Source of the DNA: Anthoceros angustus
Taxonomy: Eukaryota > Plantae > Anthocerotophyta
Length of the DNA: 37,044 nt
Reading direction: 5' to 3'
Assembly (NCBI GenBank): GCA_010909165.1
Contig: VJWM01000365.1
Coordinates: 1-37,044, forward strand
Shown: in pieces, positions 33,801 to 37,044 of the stretch
Numbering within the stretch: the stretch's first letter is position 1
Layout: each line of letters opens with the position of its first letter
The notes under the pieces: generated by a model
The model's database searches: none
What the model saw: only the letters and a program-made list of their open reading frames with translations
Told to the model about the DNA's origin: nothing
Made by a program: the position numbers and the translations under genes

Positions 33801-35900
33801 GTATCTCATTCGACGACCAAGTTTCAAAGTATGACGTCACTAATCCCGCATGACACCATCTACTTAGGTTATCACCAACCATCCAGTTTGCCGGGTGATG
33901 CAACGGCTCTCAAGGTCGAAAATTTGACGCTCACCTTAGACGTATGGGACAATGGTTGAGGACTTCAATAAATCAAGTCCTGCGCCAAGCCTACCATGCC
34001 CGAGTACCACGGTGGGGCTGTCCTTTTACTTTACGGCAGCCTTCAAACATATATCATTGCTCATCAACGGGCACTGCAATGGCGATCCTCCACAATGCGG
34101 CAGTGATGCATTCTCCTTTCCTCCGTAGGGTTGTAGGTTACTCTTCTTGCATATGATATTGTTGGTAATAAGTGACTTTAGATGGGGAAACAACATAATA
34201 TTTGAGCTGCCCAATATACAAGAAGGGGCTTTATATACATGAAGGGCTTCGATGGGCAAATGGGGTTTTGCCGCTATGGTAACGCCAATGTTTGGAAAAT
34301 AGGGTCTAAGATACGCCCTAAGTGTATATATGTGTTCTAGTGCTATTGATTGACTCATGGTCACGTAGTTTTCTGTAAATAATACCATTTGCGGGTGATG
34401 GAAGGTGAAATATGGATAAGTTTAGGTATGAGATTTGAAACATGGGGAAGAGAGCCTCCCGTGATTCGAATACCATCCTTGAGGGTTTGTCATGGCTCTA
34501 CTTCATTGAGCTTTATGTCAAGATGTGTGGGGAAGCAGCAAGGCGAGCAGCCGGGCGCCAACTCTTTAGTGGTCTTGACTACAAACGCTTGAATCAATGA
34601 CAATCAAGCGATAACTAAACAGACAGTTTGGTTTAAACCTCATCAAAACTACCGCAGTAAAAGAGATTTGCATTCATGCATGGAGGAATTCAAATGTGTA
34701 ATATAATAGATAGCTTATGTCCGAAGATAATAATGGGCGGCATGCGCCCATTGCCTATGCCACGATGATCGATATGACCTTCACCGATGATAATACCCCA
34801 ATATGCCCACTATGTAAGAATCGTTACATGGGCATACGCTAAAGATGTAAATGCAAGTCTGGCATTGGAGTTCAGATTACGATCGGTTGATCACTCGCCG
34901 TAGTCTAGACCTTCTCCATTTACCTCCTTCTCCTCACATAATCGCCATCGCTTTCATCTTGGACATCGAGTGCATGGTTGCGATGGGGACTAAGGGCACA
35001 CTTCTCCCTAATTACTTTCTTATCCGATGCATATAGATGTTTCCTTGAGTTCAACTTGAACCCATAATAGACGATAACCGCTTTGCGAACTAAGATTGTC
35101 GGATGTTTGGAGGTCTTGAGTTTTTCCCCTTTTCCTTTCGATGCTTGGTGCTTGGTCGCCATTCGCTCTGCATACGTATTCTCCAACATACTTGCCCTCA
35201 AGCATCTGTGGTCTCGCTCCACCAATGCACACGTAAGAAAGGGTCCGCAGTTCGTGTGCACACTTACAACCTTTGCAACCCAAAATGCTCATATGAGTGT
35301 CTCTCGCGAGGAGTGACAATGAACATGCCTTCTCGAATCTCCATGACATCCCCATTCATCCTTGCCACCTCCTTCGGCGTGCAAGCTCGTGAGCTCCCAA
35401 ATACATATCTCTGTGGTACTTCTCAGTAATTCTTTCAAGAATAGCCTCGCCGCCTGCGCTGGGACACAAGTAACTTAAGTCCTCCATACCATTTCCATTC
35501 GCTCGCAAGACTAGTCCAATGTTGTTGTCCACAATAGTTGCGATCTCACTCGATCCTTCCGTAATTCAATCCACCACCCTCTTCATCCGTGATTCAAATA
35601 TGTTGGCAGCTTGAGCAAGCCTTCCGTAGGTGGTCTACGCCTTCGCATGCCGTGAGCCCACCTTCACTCCCTTTTGTCTTTTGCCTCGAAGGGCCATCAA
35701 TGGTGCAGTCCAATAACCGTTCGAACTCGTAAGAACTCCAAGCCATCTTCGGTTTCCCACGTGGAGAAGTAGAATCATGCTTACATATGATCAGAATTTT
35801 TCCGCGCCTAATCATCTTTCCCTTGTAATTTTGAACTGCGGAACGAGGTTGTTCAACCGCTTAACCGCAGCCTTTAAATTGGTGCCCCACCCAGTTGTGT
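30900..35900 (-). mobile_element. Degenerate Mutator-like (MULE) transposase region
   Basis: In the expected order on the minus strand: FWVAKVVSVHTNCGPFLTCALVERDHRC (MuDR N-terminal-like, ~35300-35210), ACRPLLSSDISYL (cf. CRPVIxxDGTxL, ~34750), IVEDRH (cf. ISDRH, ~34090), NLSRWCHA, and LVVGTCQCASAYYIG..SHA (SWIM-like, ~31070-31010). Many stops and indels. Confidence 0.5.
31128..34488. repeat. Head-to-tail tandem duplication, units 31128-32817 (~1690 bp) and 32818-34483 (~1666 bp)
   Basis: Both units start GGTTTTAATTTT(T)ACTATTATCATTGGTAAC and end GAGCCTCCCGTGATT(C)GAATACCATCCTTGAG; GGTTT lies at all three junctions. Differences are mostly small indels. Confidence 0.95.
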
Positions 35901-36599
35901 TTTGTTACCCCTGCAATCCCTTTGCTTGTTCCGCCTTTTGTGAAGTGGTGAGAGCCGGGAGTATGGACCCCTCCGGGGGTGGGCGGCATGCGCGCCCTTC
36001 CTCACCTCCGCCGAGGGGGCGCCGCATGTCGACGCCCTCTTCTTCTCCATGCACGACGAGAGGGCGGCAGCCCCCTTCTTCCCCATGTCACGCTGGCGGG
36101 CATGCCGGCGCCCACCCCGCTCCTGTGTCCACTCTACCCTCAAGTTTGGAAAAGATCGGCGTAATGCGCTAGAACTACTACCTCGATCTGCTAATTTCTA
36201 TAGAAAGCGGGAAAAAAAATACAAAACATTTTCTTGATGTATATATTGTGTTCTTGATTTAATTAGTATTTCTAATCAAGAAACAACAAAACATATACAA
36301 AATGCACATTTTCAGATCGCAATTTTATGTGCATCACCTAGGATGCAACCTACATCGAAATGCTCGATACCATAACAAATGTAAGGTTGATGTAGATCAA
36401 TTACCATTTAGTAATTACATATTTCATTGAGTATCAAGAAAAGAACTTAAATGCTTATCTTTGAAAAGACACTATCTAGAACTTAAAAGACATAAGCATT
36501 GGTAAGGGTCGTAACCCTATTGAGCGGGTACTTCTAATATATTTATTTCAGCTACCCTTATAATAGCATATATAATTAATCTGACCTAATTCACGGATA

Positions 36600-37044
36600 T
36601 GCTCAACACTATCCTTTAACATGATTGATTGGGTATTTGATGGCGAGATCATGGGCGTCATTGCGCAGTCGGGCAAGGTATGGATTTCACAAACAACGGT
36701 GATTTCAAAGAAGCGTGCGGCGTCCATTAAATCGAGGCAGGCGAGATCAATACAATCAAAGTTTCCTAATCTCCCGCTAGGAAGGCTATATGTTAAACCC
36801 ACGAGATAAAAGCGGCCGGTGTCGAAGATGACAATGGATGTCATGTGACAATCCAACTTGAAACACAACGATGTTCAAGCTGCTTTCACGAGATAGGCAC
36901 TAACACCGCCTTTCGGTACACACATGTAGCGATGACTTTCTCCAATTTTATCCTTGACCACGGTAAGTACACTGGACATGTCGGTGCTCCTTTGCCCTCC
37001 ATACCATTGCTCCAACCCGTTAGTGGAATCCGGTGTTGATCAAC
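36600..37044 (+). mobile_element. Possible SWIM-finger / MULE transposase remnant running off the window end
   Basis: DDNGCHVTIQLETQRCSSCFHEIG..THVA resembles the V.L....CSC..F...G..C.H SWIM pattern, followed by a PSIPLLQP segment. Confidence 0.3.

Noticed and set aside
36241-36296. AT-rich hairpin TTCTTGATT..AATCAAGAA as a MITE or miRNA precursor
   Set aside because: Stem is too short and AT-rich to be distinguished from chance.

Overview
Eukaryotic nuclear DNA from a land plant, probably a non-seed lineage with short (~70-110 nt) introns and GC-rich exons (hornwort-like; taxon is inference only). Recognisable genes are UTP3/SAS10 (-), MED19 (-), a KAC/KCA1 kinesin-14-like gene (+, multi-exon), an intronless polyQ F-box/kelch gene (+) and a stand-alone Arc1p/EMAP-II-type tRNA-binding protein (+). 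Less certain are a degenerate PHD-finger gene, an unidentified membrane-protein gene and a ~163-codon ORFan. Almost every gene carries several 1-2 nt indels, most simply explained by an unpolished long-read consensus, so exon boundaries are approximate. Two accessory blocks (5.6-11.9 kb and 26-37 kb) hold two tail-to-tail CRE-like (RLE-type) non-LTR retrotransposon remnants, short retroposon-like elements ending in AATAAA+(TTC)n, a nested minisatellite, Mutator-like remnants and a 1.7-kb tandem duplication. No rRNA, intact tRNA or CRISPR array was seen. All homology calls are by-eye motif recognition; no search was run.
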